The notes beneath the pieces are model-generated. The model saw only the letters and a program-made list of their open reading frames with translations. It made no database searches and was not told where the DNA came from. Both the position numbers and the translations under genes were made by a program. Positions 16,022-24,250 of a stretch of DNA of 44,750 nt are shown piece after piece (positions within the stretch are counted from its first letter, which is position 1; each line of letters begins with the position of its first letter). Source of the DNA: an uncultured Clostridia bacterium (GTDB lineage Bacteria > Bacillota > Clostridia > TANB77 > CAG-508); contig CAUWNG010000022.1 in the NCBI GenBank assembly GCA_963560005.1, positions 1 through 44,750 of the forward strand. The letters are read 5' to 3'.

Positions 16022-17773
16022 ATGGAAAAAAAGATGGTAAACTTAAAAATAGATGATAAAGATGTTTGTGTTGAAGAAGGTACTACAATATTAACTGCTG
16101 CAAGACAAGCTGGCATAGATATTCCTACATTATGTTTTTTAAAAGATATAAATGAAATTGGAGATTGTAGAATGTGCATTACAGAAGTTGAAGGTAGAAA
16201 GGGATTTGCAACTTCATGTATACAAAAAGTGGAAGAAGGAATGAATGTAAAAACACATTCTCCTGCAGTTATGGAAGCAAGGAAAACGATACTAGATTTA
16301 ATATTATCTAATCATCAAAGGGATTGTTTAACATGTACTAGAAACGGAAATTGTGAATTACAAAATTTGGCAGTTAAATTTAATGTTACTGGAGTAGAAT
16401 ATGAAGGAGAAAAGAATAAACATAATATAGATGATGAATCTCCAGCAATAGTAAGAGATTTTAACAAATGTATATTATGTAGAAGATGTGTTGCAGTTTG
16501 TAAAAATATACAAAAAGTAGGAGCAATAGATTGTATAAATAGAGGATTTTCCTCTTGTATATCTACTGTAGGAGATCATAGTTTAAACGAAGTAAATTGC
16601 ACTTTTTGTGGTCAGTGCATAGAGGCATGCCCTGTAGGAGCATTAAAGGAAAAAGATTCCACAAAAGAAGTATGGCAAAAGCTTAAAGATCCAGATACAA
16701 TAGTAATTGCTCAAACTGCTCCTGCTGTAAGAGTAGCATTAGGAGAAGAATTTGGAATGCCAATAGGAACTAATGTTACAGGAAAAATGGTAGCTTCATT
16801 AAAGAGGTTAGGATTTGATAAAGTATTTGATACAAATACTGGTGCAGATTTTACAATAATGGAAGAAGGAACAGAATTTATAGAAAGATTAAAAACTAAT
16901 GTTAACTTACCATTAATAACTTCTTGCAGTCCTGGATGGGTTAAATATATTGAAATGAATTATCCAGAAAATATTAAATACTTGTCTAGTTGTAAATCAC
17001 CACATGAAATGTATGGAGCAATTTTAAAAACATATTATGCAGAAAAAAATAATATTGATCCAAAAAAAATATTTGTTGTTTCAGTTATGCCATGTATTGC
17101 TAAGAAATATGAAAGACAAAGAAATGAATTAAAAAACAATGGACTATATGATGTAGATAGTGTAATAACCACTAGAGAATTGGCTAGAATGATAAAACAA
17201 GCTAATATAGAATTCATATCATTAGAAGATGAAAAATTTGATGATCCTTTAGGAGAAGCAAGTGGTGCAGGGGCAATTTTTGGAGTAACAGGAGGAGTAA
17301 TGGAAGCAGCTTTAAGAACAGTTTCAGAAGTGCTTACAGGAAGAAAATTAGAAAAAATAGATTTTGAACAAGTGAGAGGTCAAAAAGGAATAAAAAGGGC
17401 TAGTGTAAGAATAGGAGATAAAGAAATAAAAGTAGTAGTTGCTTCTGGCCTTGGAAATGCGCAAACAATAATGGAGGAAATAAAATTAGGAAAAGCTGAT
17501 TATCAATTTGTAGAAATAATGGCTTGCCCAGGAGGATGTATAATGGGAGGAGGGCAACCTATAAAAAGTGCAAAAATAAGAGAAACCGTTGATATAGGTG
17601 CTAAAAGAGCTGCTGCAATGTATAGTATAGATGAAAAAAGTGTAATAAGAAAATCAGATGAAAATCCAATAGTACAAAAAATATATAAAGAATACATTGG
17701 AAAGCCAGGAGGACACATCGCACACGAATTATTACATACACACTATTCAGAAATGGAAAAGTATAGAATTTAA
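16022..17773 (+). CDS. hydA: [FeFe]-hydrogenase catalytic subunit (M3-type domain architecture)
   Basis: 583 aa. It has an N-terminal 2Fe-2S domain, a His-ligated cluster region (HQRDCLTCTRNGNCELQ) and two 4Fe-4S ferredoxin motifs. H-cluster motif P1 reads TSCSPGW (the consensus is TSCCPxW). P2 is MPCIAKKYE and P3 is EIMACPGGCIMGGGQP. Confidence 0.9.
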   Translation: MEKKMVNLKIDDKDVCVEEGTTILTAARQAGIDIPTLCFLKDINEIGDCRMCITEVEGRKGFATSCIQKVEEGMNVKTHSPAVMEARKTILDLILSNHQRDCLTCTRNGNCELQNLAVKFNVTGVEYEGEKNKHNIDDESPAIVRDFNKCILCRRCVAVCKNIQKVGAIDCINRGFSSCISTVGDHSLNEVNCTFCGQCIEACPVGALKEKDSTKEVWQKLKDPDTIVIAQTAPAVRVALGEEFGMPIGTNVTGKMVASLKRLGFDKVFDTNTGADFTIMEEGTEFIERLKTNVNLPLITSCSPGWVKYIEMNYPENIKYLSSCKSPHEMYGAILKTYYAEKNNIDPKKIFVVSVMPCIAKKYERQRNELKNNGLYDVDSVITTRELARMIKQANIEFISLEDEKFDDPLGEASGAGAIFGVTGGVMEAALRTVSEVLTGRKLEKIDFEQVRGQKGIKRASVRIGDKEIKVVVASGLGNAQTIMEEIKLGKADYQFVEIMACPGGCIMGGGQPIKSAKIRETVDIGAKRAAAMYSIDEKSVIRKSDENPIVQKIYKEYIGKPGGHIAHELLHTHYSEMEKYRI

Positions 17774-17826
17774 ATTATTTAAGATTTTATAAAAACAATT
17801 GAATTAAAAATAAAAATGTGATATAA

Positions 17827-17887
17827 ATAGATTATTAATTGTCAAGTAAAAAATGGCAAAAACTTAATATTAATAATCTATTTTTTT
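17827..17887 (+). terminator. Possible terminator after hydA (long-loop hairpin plus T-run)
   Basis: Perfect 13-bp arms ATAGATTATTAAT (17827-17839) and ATTAATAATCTAT (17869-17881) are followed by TTTTTTT. The 29-nt loop is atypically long. Confidence 0.4.
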
Positions 17888-17987
17888 CTACAAAAAAATA
17901 AATTATTAAGAACTATAATAAGTATAAGTAACAGGTTTTATGGATTTACTATAAAAAATCTAAATAAAATGTAAAAGGAAAATATAA

Positions 17988-18908
17988 ATGGATATGAAAG
18001 AAAATAAGAATAAATTTAAATCAGGGTTTGTGTCAATTGTAGGAAGAACGAACGTTGGTAAATCTAGTATTTTAAATAATTTAGTAGGGCAAAAAATTGC
18101 TAGCGTTGTAAATAAACCTCAAACAACAAGGACTGCAATTAAAGCCATAATAAATAGAGACAATTCACAAATAATATTTATAGATACACCAGGAATTCAT
18201 AAACCAAAAACGAAATTAAGTAATGTAATGGTAGAGACTGCTTTTGGAACAATAGGAGATGTTGATTTAATATTATTTGTTGTAGAAGCTACTTCAGAGG
18301 AAATAGGTAAAGGAGATAGAATAATTTTAGAAAAAATAAAAGAATCTAAGAAGAAAACTATTTTGATAATAAATAAGATAGATCTTGTGAATAGAGAGCA
18401 AATAGCAAAATTAATAGAAACATATAAAAATGAATACGATTTTGAAGCAATTATACCTATTTCTGCAATAAAAAAATGTGATGTAGAAATAATTTTAGAA
18501 GAGATAGAAAAAAAATTAGATTATGGTCCAGCATATTATAGTACAGAAGATTTTACAGATCAAACATTAAGAGATTTAGCTTCTGAGACAATAAGAGAGA
18601 AGGCATTAAAATTTTTAAAAGATGAGGTACCACATGGAATTTTTGTAGAAATAGAAAAAATGAAAAAGAGAGAAACCATAGAAAAAGAACCTATATTTAA
18701 TATAGAAGCAACAATATATTGTTTAAAAGATTCTCATAAAGGAATAATAATAGGAAAAAATGGACTTATGCTAAAAAAAATTGGTATGTGTGCAAGACAG
18801 GATTTAGAAAAAATGTTGGAAACAAAAGTTAATTTGAAAATATGGGTAAAAGTAAAAGAAGATTGGATAAATAATGACAATTTTGTAAAAAAATTTAAAA
18901 CAGAATAA
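17988..18908 (+). CDS. era: GTPase Era
   Basis: 306 aa with G1 motif GRTNVGKSS, DTPG and NKID motifs, and a C-terminal KH-like region. Confidence 0.9.
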   Translation: MDMKENKNKFKSGFVSIVGRTNVGKSSILNNLVGQKIASVVNKPQTTRTAIKAIINRDNSQIIFIDTPGIHKPKTKLSNVMVETAFGTIGDVDLILFVVEATSEEIGKGDRIILEKIKESKKKTILIINKIDLVNREQIAKLIETYKNEYDFEAIIPISAIKKCDVEIILEEIEKKLDYGPAYYSTEDFTDQTLRDLASETIREKALKFLKDEVPHGIFVEIEKMKKRETIEKEPIFNIEATIYCLKDSHKGIIIGKNGLMLKKIGMCARQDLEKMLETKVNLKIWVKVKEDWINNDNFVKKFKTE

Positions 18909-18986
18909 TTTTATCAATGGTATAAAAATTAAAAAAATGCTAAAGATAAAAATAGAAGCAAAAACTTCTGAAAGGGTTGAGAGTAT

Positions 18987-19139
18987 ATGATTAAACAAAT
19001 GGCTTGGAATACATTTAAAAATACAGGAAATATTAATACATTTATGGAATTAATGGAAGTAGAAAATTTGGAAAAAAATATAGAGGACAAACAGTATGGG
19101 ATTGCTAAAAACGAAGGGAATAATAATTTCGGAAAATAA
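18987..19139 (+). CDS. yqzL: YqzL-like small protein (not in the ORF track)
   Basis: A 50-codon ORF, MIKQMAWNTFKNTGNINTFMELMEVENLEKNIEDKQYGIAKNEGNNNFGK*. It contains the W..F..TGN motif I associate with the YqzL family. It sits between era and recO, as yqzL does in Bacillus subtilis, and overlaps the recO start by 44 nt in another frame. Confidence 0.55.
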   Translation: MIKQMAWNTFKNTGNINTFMELMEVENLEKNIEDKQYGIAKNEGNNNFGK

Positions 19140-19809
19140 AATGGCTGATTTTGATAAAATGGTTACAATACTTACACCAAACGGAAAAATTGGGTGTGCT
19201 GCAAAAGGTGCTAGAAGACCTAAAAGCTTATTAATGTCAGCAACCCAATTTTTATGTTTTGGGGAATATATGATTTATAAAGGAAATAATACATATAATA
19301 TAAATTCTTGTGATACAATTGAAATATTTTACAATATTAGAACTGATTTAGATAAATTGAATCAAGCAGTATATATTACAAAAATAATTGATGACATTAC
19401 AGATGAAAATCAAAATACATATAAGATATTACAACTGTATTTAAATACATTATATATGATATCTGAAAGTGACAAAGATGTAGAATTGATTTTATCAATA
19501 TTCAGAATAAGATTAGTATCAATTTTAGGATTTATGCCTAAAATTGATGCATGCTTAAGTTGTAAAACTAAAGAAAATATTGAGTATTTTAGCTTAAAAG
19601 ATAATGGATTTAAATGTAATATTTGTGGAAAACAAGATAAAAGTGCAATACAAATTTCAGCTTCTGTAGTAAATGCAATAAAATATATTATAATGTCAGA
19701 AGCTAAAAAAATTTATTCTTTTAATTTATCAGAAGAAGGTATAAAAGAATTGGAAATAGTAAGCAAACTATACATGAATGACAAACTAGAAAAAGAGTAC
19801 AGAATTTAA
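19096..19809 (+). CDS. recO: DNA repair protein RecO
   Basis: 237 aa with an N-terminal OB-fold-like MGLLKTKGIIISENKMADFDKMVTILT and a zinc motif CLSC...CNIC. It is in the conserved position after era. Confidence 0.85.
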   Translation: MGLLKTKGIIISENKMADFDKMVTILTPNGKIGCAAKGARRPKSLLMSATQFLCFGEYMIYKGNNTYNINSCDTIEIFYNIRTDLDKLNQAVYITKIIDDITDENQNTYKILQLYLNTLYMISESDKDVELILSIFRIRLVSILGFMPKIDACLSCKTKENIEYFSLKDNGFKCNICGKQDKSAIQISASVVNAIKYIIMSEAKKIYSFNLSEEGIKELEIVSKLYMNDKLEKEYRI

Positions 19810-19866
19810 AAAGTTATAGAAGATATTTTATATTTATAATTTTTATATGTATGTAGTATTAATGAT

Positions 19867-19895
19867 TTGACTATTATATTTACTTATGATATATT
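19867..19895 (+). promoter_or_regulatory. Candidate sigma-70-type promoter for the glycosyltransferase gene
   Basis: TTGACT (19867-19872), a 17-nt spacer, then TATATT (19890-19895). The track's TTG start at 19867 is this -35 hexamer. Confidence 0.4.
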
Positions 19896-19926
19896 AACAA
19901 TTGAGAATTATAGATTGGAGAATGAT

Positions 19927-20949
19927 ATGAAGAAAAAAATTTTATTTTATATAAGTGGAATTTATAATGGTGGGACAGAAATAGCTCTTTTAAATTTATT
20001 GGATAATTTGGATAAAAACAAATATGAAATATTTATAAATTATACAGACTATGAAAATTTATTTCGCCCAATTGCAGATAAAATACTTAAATATGCAAAA
20101 TATATGAATATTAATGAAAAAAATGTAGTAGATACATTAATATATTGTAATCATCCAGGAGATAATATAAATATAATAATTAATAATATTAAATATACAA
20201 GAGCATATTTTTGGTTTCATTATTTTGGAGATGGACAAGAAGAATTTTTAGAACTTGCAATAAAAAATAATTATATAGATAAGATTATAACAGTTTGTCA
20301 AACAATAAAAAATATATTAGAAAAACAATTAATTGAACTAAAAAGTAATAAGGATAAAGTTATAGTTATACCTAATATTTTAGATGTACAAAGTATTTTA
20401 AACAAATCTAATGAAAATATAGATATCGGATTATCAAGTGGCTTGAATTTTGTAACTGTTGCTAGATTTTCTATAATTAAGGGATATCATAGAGTAAAAA
20501 AACTGGTTAATGAATTAGAAAATAAAAATGTAGAATTTAAATATTTAATTATAGGTAATGGTAATACAAAAGAAGATGAGGAAAGAACAAGAGATATGTT
20601 TAAAAATGATAAAAATGTTATTTTTTTAGGTTATCAAGAAAATCCATATAAATATGTAAAGCACTGTGATTATAATGTATTATTAAGTGATAGAGAAAAT
20701 ATGAGTTTATCTTTAATGGAGGCTAAAATTTTGGGAGTACCAAATATTGTTACTGATTTTGACTCTGCATTTGAACAGGTAACAGATATGGAAAATGGGA
20801 TTATATTAAGTAGAAAAGATTTAGATACATATAAGTATAGAATAAATGACATAATAAATGAGGATAATTTAAATAAATTCAAAAAAAATAATAAGAATTT
20901 TATGTATGATATTTCAAAAATAAAATCACAATGGAACGAGATATTGTAA
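19927..20949 (+). CDS. Glycosyltransferase, GT-B fold (group 1 / GT4-like)
   Basis: 340 aa from ATG 19927 with a GGAG RBS. The C-terminal EX7E-type region LLSDRENMSLSLMEAKILGVPNIVTD is typical of group-1 glycosyltransferases. Confidence 0.7.
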   Translation: MKKKILFYISGIYNGGTEIALLNLLDNLDKNKYEIFINYTDYENLFRPIADKILKYAKYMNINEKNVVDTLIYCNHPGDNINIIINNIKYTRAYFWFHYFGDGQEEFLELAIKNNYIDKIITVCQTIKNILEKQLIELKSNKDKVIVIPNILDVQSILNKSNENIDIGLSSGLNFVTVARFSIIKGYHRVKKLVNELENKNVEFKYLIIGNGNTKEDEERTRDMFKNDKNVIFLGYQENPYKYVKHCDYNVLLSDRENMSLSLMEAKILGVPNIVTDFDSAFEQVTDMENGIILSRKDLDTYKYRINDIINEDNLNKFKKNNKNFMYDISKIKSQWNEIL

Positions 20950-20972
20950 TAGAAAGTTATTGCAACTGAATC

Positions 20973-21012
20973 AAAAAGCATAGTAAATTCAATGAAATTT
21001 ACTATGCTTTTT
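20973..21012 (+). terminator. Rho-independent terminator after the glycosyltransferase gene
   Basis: Perfect 17-nt arms AAAAAGCATAGTAAATT / AATTTACTATGCTTTTT with a 6-nt loop, ending in a T-run. Confidence 0.7.
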
Positions 21013-21079
21013 GAAAAATAAATTTAATTTTCAATGGAAAACTTGATATTATGTATTCATACCACTGCTAATTGAAAGT

Positions 21080-21108
21080 TTGACACTAAATATAAAATAT
21101 GATATAAT
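21080..21108 (+). promoter_or_regulatory. Consensus sigma-70-type promoter
   Basis: TTGACA (21080-21085), exactly 17 nt, then TATAAT (21103-21108). It lies 38 nt upstream of ATG 21147. Confidence 0.6.
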
Positions 21109-21146
21109 TTAAGAGTTAAAAATTACTGAAAATAAAGGAGATATAT

Positions 21147-22388
21147 ATGAAAAAGACAGTAAAATTTGGAATAGGATTTGTTACAGGAAGACCAAACGTA
21201 TGTAAAGTAATAAACAATACTTATGAAAAATTAATAAATCAATTTGAAGGAAGTGAATATGATGTAGAACTTACAATATTTATATTATATGATTTACAAT
21301 ATCAATTAACAACTAGAGTTGATTTTTATGGACTAATTCCAAATGTTTACAAAAATATAAATATAAAATATATAACTCCAGAAGATATAGAAGAAGAAAA
21401 AAAGAAACTAATAGCACAAGAAAAGTTGACAAAATCAGAGGCAGATTTGTTTTTTGGGCATGGACATGCTAAAGGAAGAAATACAGTTATGTATTATGCT
21501 CTTAAGAGACAAATGAATTATTTATTATTTTGGGATGATGATGAATATCCTGTTGCATGTATTAAAAATAATGATGAAATAATTTGGAAGGAACAACCAA
21601 ATTTATTACAACATTTAAATTATATAGAAGATGCAGATGTTACTATAGGATATCATTGTGGATATATTTCACCAATACCATATATAGAACTTAATGAAGA
21701 AGTAGATGAAAATATATTTAAAGAATATATAGAAGCAATGAGTAATGAATTGGTTTCATGGGATAGTATAAAGGAAAAATTTATAAAAGATAATGGTGTT
21801 ACTTTTGCTAATCCGGAAATAGCAGATGGAAAAGGAAGTTATGAAATACAATTAAATGGTATAGGAAAATGGGTTTCAGGTTCTACATTGTGCTTGAATT
21901 TAAATCATATAGACAAAATACCAGCTTTTTATAATCCAATAGGGGCAAGAGGTGAAGATACATTTTTTTCAACTAAATTAGGAAATTCTAAGGTTATAAA
22001 AATACCAGTATATCACTTTCATGATGGATTTTTAAAATACACTAATGTAATGAGAGGAAAATATCCAAAAGTATTAAGAAAAATAAAGGTAGAAGAGGAA
22101 TTAATTCCACAAAGATTTTTACAAGCTTCAAAAGGTTGGATAAGGTATAAACCATTACTAACTTATATATCAGATGAAAAAAATTATAAAATGAAAATGG
22201 AAGATACTAGAAGACAATTAGAAGTAAGTTTACCAGAAATAAACAAACTATTTAAGGATTATGATTTTAGCATACTTTTAGATGAGTTTAATGAATATTG
22301 TAAAAATGTAGAAAAACATCATAAAGAATATTTGAAAACAAATGAAATATGGGATAAATTAAAATCAATACAATTTTTATCTAATTAA
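21147..22388 (+). CDS. Hypothetical protein, possibly a GT-A-like glycosyltransferase (acidic DxD-type motif)
   Basis: 413 aa with an AAGGAG RBS. It contains LLFWDDDEYP (DxD-like) and GARGEDTFFS segments. I cannot place it in a family by eye. Confidence 0.4.
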   Translation: MKKTVKFGIGFVTGRPNVCKVINNTYEKLINQFEGSEYDVELTIFILYDLQYQLTTRVDFYGLIPNVYKNINIKYITPEDIEEEKKKLIAQEKLTKSEADLFFGHGHAKGRNTVMYYALKRQMNYLLFWDDDEYPVACIKNNDEIIWKEQPNLLQHLNYIEDADVTIGYHCGYISPIPYIELNEEVDENIFKEYIEAMSNELVSWDSIKEKFIKDNGVTFANPEIADGKGSYEIQLNGIGKWVSGSTLCLNLNHIDKIPAFYNPIGARGEDTFFSTKLGNSKVIKIPVYHFHDGFLKYTNVMRGKYPKVLRKIKVEEELIPQRFLQASKGWIRYKPLLTYISDEKNYKMKMEDTRRQLEVSLPEINKLFKDYDFSILLDEFNEYCKNVEKHHKEYLKTNEIWDKLKSIQFLSN

Positions 22389-22440
22389 AATATAAGGTAT
22401 ATAAATTTAAACATTATAAAATAATTTAGAGGAGAAAAAA

Positions 22441-22998
22441 ATGTATTTAATAATTGGTTTAGGAAATCCAGAACCAGAATATGCATATACAAGGCATAAT
22501 ATGGGATTTGATGTAATAAATAGAATATCAAAAGAATATGAAATAGAAATATCTAGAAATAAGTTTGAAGGTTTTTATGGTCAAGGACTTATAGAGGGAG
22601 AAAAAGTAATATTATTAAAACCACAAACATATATGAATTTAAGTGGAAAGTCTATAAAACAATTTATAGACTTTTATAAAATAGAAAATGATCATATATT
22701 AGTAATATATGATGATATGGATGTAGAAAAAGAAAAAATAAAGATAAGAAAAAAAGGTGGTCCAGGTGCACATAATGGTATGAAATCTATAGTGCATGAA
22801 TTATTAACAGATGATTTTCCAAGAATAAGAGTTGGGATAGGTAGACCACTAGATGAATATGATGCTATAGATTATGTTATAGGAAAATTAGATGAAAATG
22901 AATATTCTAAATTAGAAATAGGAATAGAAAAAGCAAAAGAAGCGGTAATAGAATATATAAAAAATGGAATAGATTCTACTATGAATAAATATAACTAA
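22441..22998 (+). CDS. pth: Peptidyl-tRNA hydrolase
   Basis: 185 aa with N-terminus MYLIIGLGNPEPEYAYTRHNMGF and a GGPGAHNGMKS motif. Confidence 0.92.
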   Translation: MYLIIGLGNPEPEYAYTRHNMGFDVINRISKEYEIEISRNKFEGFYGQGLIEGEKVILLKPQTYMNLSGKSIKQFIDFYKIENDHILVIYDDMDVEKEKIKIRKKGGPGAHNGMKSIVHELLTDDFPRIRVGIGRPLDEYDAIDYVIGKLDENEYSKLEIGIEKAKEAVIEYIKNGIDSTMNKYN

Positions 22999-23014
22999 AA
23001 AGGAATGAACATTT

Positions 23015-24217
23015 ATGCAAGAAATTTTTATTTATGAAGATAATGAAGGAAACAAAATTGTTACTTTATTGGAAAATGGAAAATTGGTTGAAAAATATGA
23101 TGAAAAGGTTGAACAGAATAGATTAGAGGGAAACATTTATTTAGGTAAAGTGAAGAATTTGCTTATGGGAATGCAAGCAGCATTTGTTGATATAGGTGAA
23201 GAAAAAAATACATTTATGCATATAAAAGATATTATACCTAAAATGAGTAATAAAACTGGTAATAAATTAGAAAAATTAAGTAATCACGACATAAAAAAAT
23301 ATATAAAGGTAGGAATGTCAGTACTTGTACAAGTAAAAAGAGATAGTACAAATAAAAAAGGTGCTAGAGTTTCAATACATATTAGTATTCCTGGAAGATT
23401 TATAGTATTAATTCCAAATTCTGAATTTGTTACTATATCACAAAAAGTAGAGGACGAAAAAGAAAAAGATAGGTTAGTTAAATTAATAAAACAAAATATA
23501 CCAAAAAATTTTGGAGCTATTATTAGAACATCTGCAGTTAATAAAAAAGAAGATTTAATTATACAAGACTTAGATAATTTACTAAATCAATGGAATAGAA
23601 TAAAAGAACTTGAACAAGAATATTTAATGCAAGAAGTAGAGCCTATAATATTATATAAAAATAGTGGTATAGTAGGAAAGATATTAGTAGATTTTATAGA
23701 TAGAGATATTTCAAGAATAGTTACAAATAGCAAAGAAATTTATACATATATAGAAAAAATATTACAACATACTAGTAATGAAGAAAAAACAAAATTAGAA
23801 TTAAAGGAAAATGAAAATATATTAGAAACTTATGATATAAATTCGCAATTACAAAAAACAGAAAATAGAAAAATATGGTTAAATTGTGGAGGTTTTATTA
23901 CAATAGATAAAACGGAAGCTTTAACTGCTATAGATGTAAATTCTGGAAAGTATGTTGGAAATAAAACTCTAGAGCAAACTGTATTTAAAGTTAATAAAGA
24001 GGCAACTATTGAAATAGCTAAACAACTAAGATTAAGAGATATTGGTGGTATAATAGTAATAGATTATATAGATATGGAATCAGAAGAGGATAAACAAAAA
24101 ATTAAAGATTTATTAGAAGAAAATCTAAAAAAAGATAGATCAAAAACACAAGTTTTAGAATTTACACAACTTAATTTATTAGAGATGACAAGAAAACATA
24201 TATGTAGTAATGATTAA
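23015..24217 (+). CDS. rng: Ribonuclease E/G family protein (RNase G-like)
   Basis: 400 aa with an S1 domain (GNIYLGKVKNLLMGMQAAFVDIG) and a catalytic region (ALTAIDVNSGKY, IGGIIVIDYIDM). Confidence 0.85.
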   Translation: MQEIFIYEDNEGNKIVTLLENGKLVEKYDEKVEQNRLEGNIYLGKVKNLLMGMQAAFVDIGEEKNTFMHIKDIIPKMSNKTGNKLEKLSNHDIKKYIKVGMSVLVQVKRDSTNKKGARVSIHISIPGRFIVLIPNSEFVTISQKVEDEKEKDRLVKLIKQNIPKNFGAIIRTSAVNKKEDLIIQDLDNLLNQWNRIKELEQEYLMQEVEPIILYKNSGIVGKILVDFIDRDISRIVTNSKEIYTYIEKILQHTSNEEKTKLELKENENILETYDINSQLQKTENRKIWLNCGGFITIDKTEALTAIDVNSGKYVGNKTLEQTVFKVNKEATIEIAKQLRLRDIGGIIVIDYIDMESEEDKQKIKDLLEENLKKDRSKTQVLEFTQLNLLEMTRKHICSND

Positions 24218-24250
24218 AAAGGATGGACTATAAATAATAGTCCATCCTTT
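24218..24250. terminator. Bidirectional terminator between convergent rng and the acyl-CoA ligase gene
   Basis: Arms AAAGGATGGACTA / TAGTCCATCCTTT with a 7-nt loop, flanked by A-run and T-run. It overlaps the stop codon of the minus-strand gene. Confidence 0.7.

Noticed and set aside
23015-24217. An apparent C-terminal truncation of RNase G (the protein ends ...EMTRKHICSND, about 400 aa).
   Set aside because: The gene ends at a clean bidirectional terminator with no downstream frame continuation. Without an alignment I cannot say that short forms are abnormal in this lineage.
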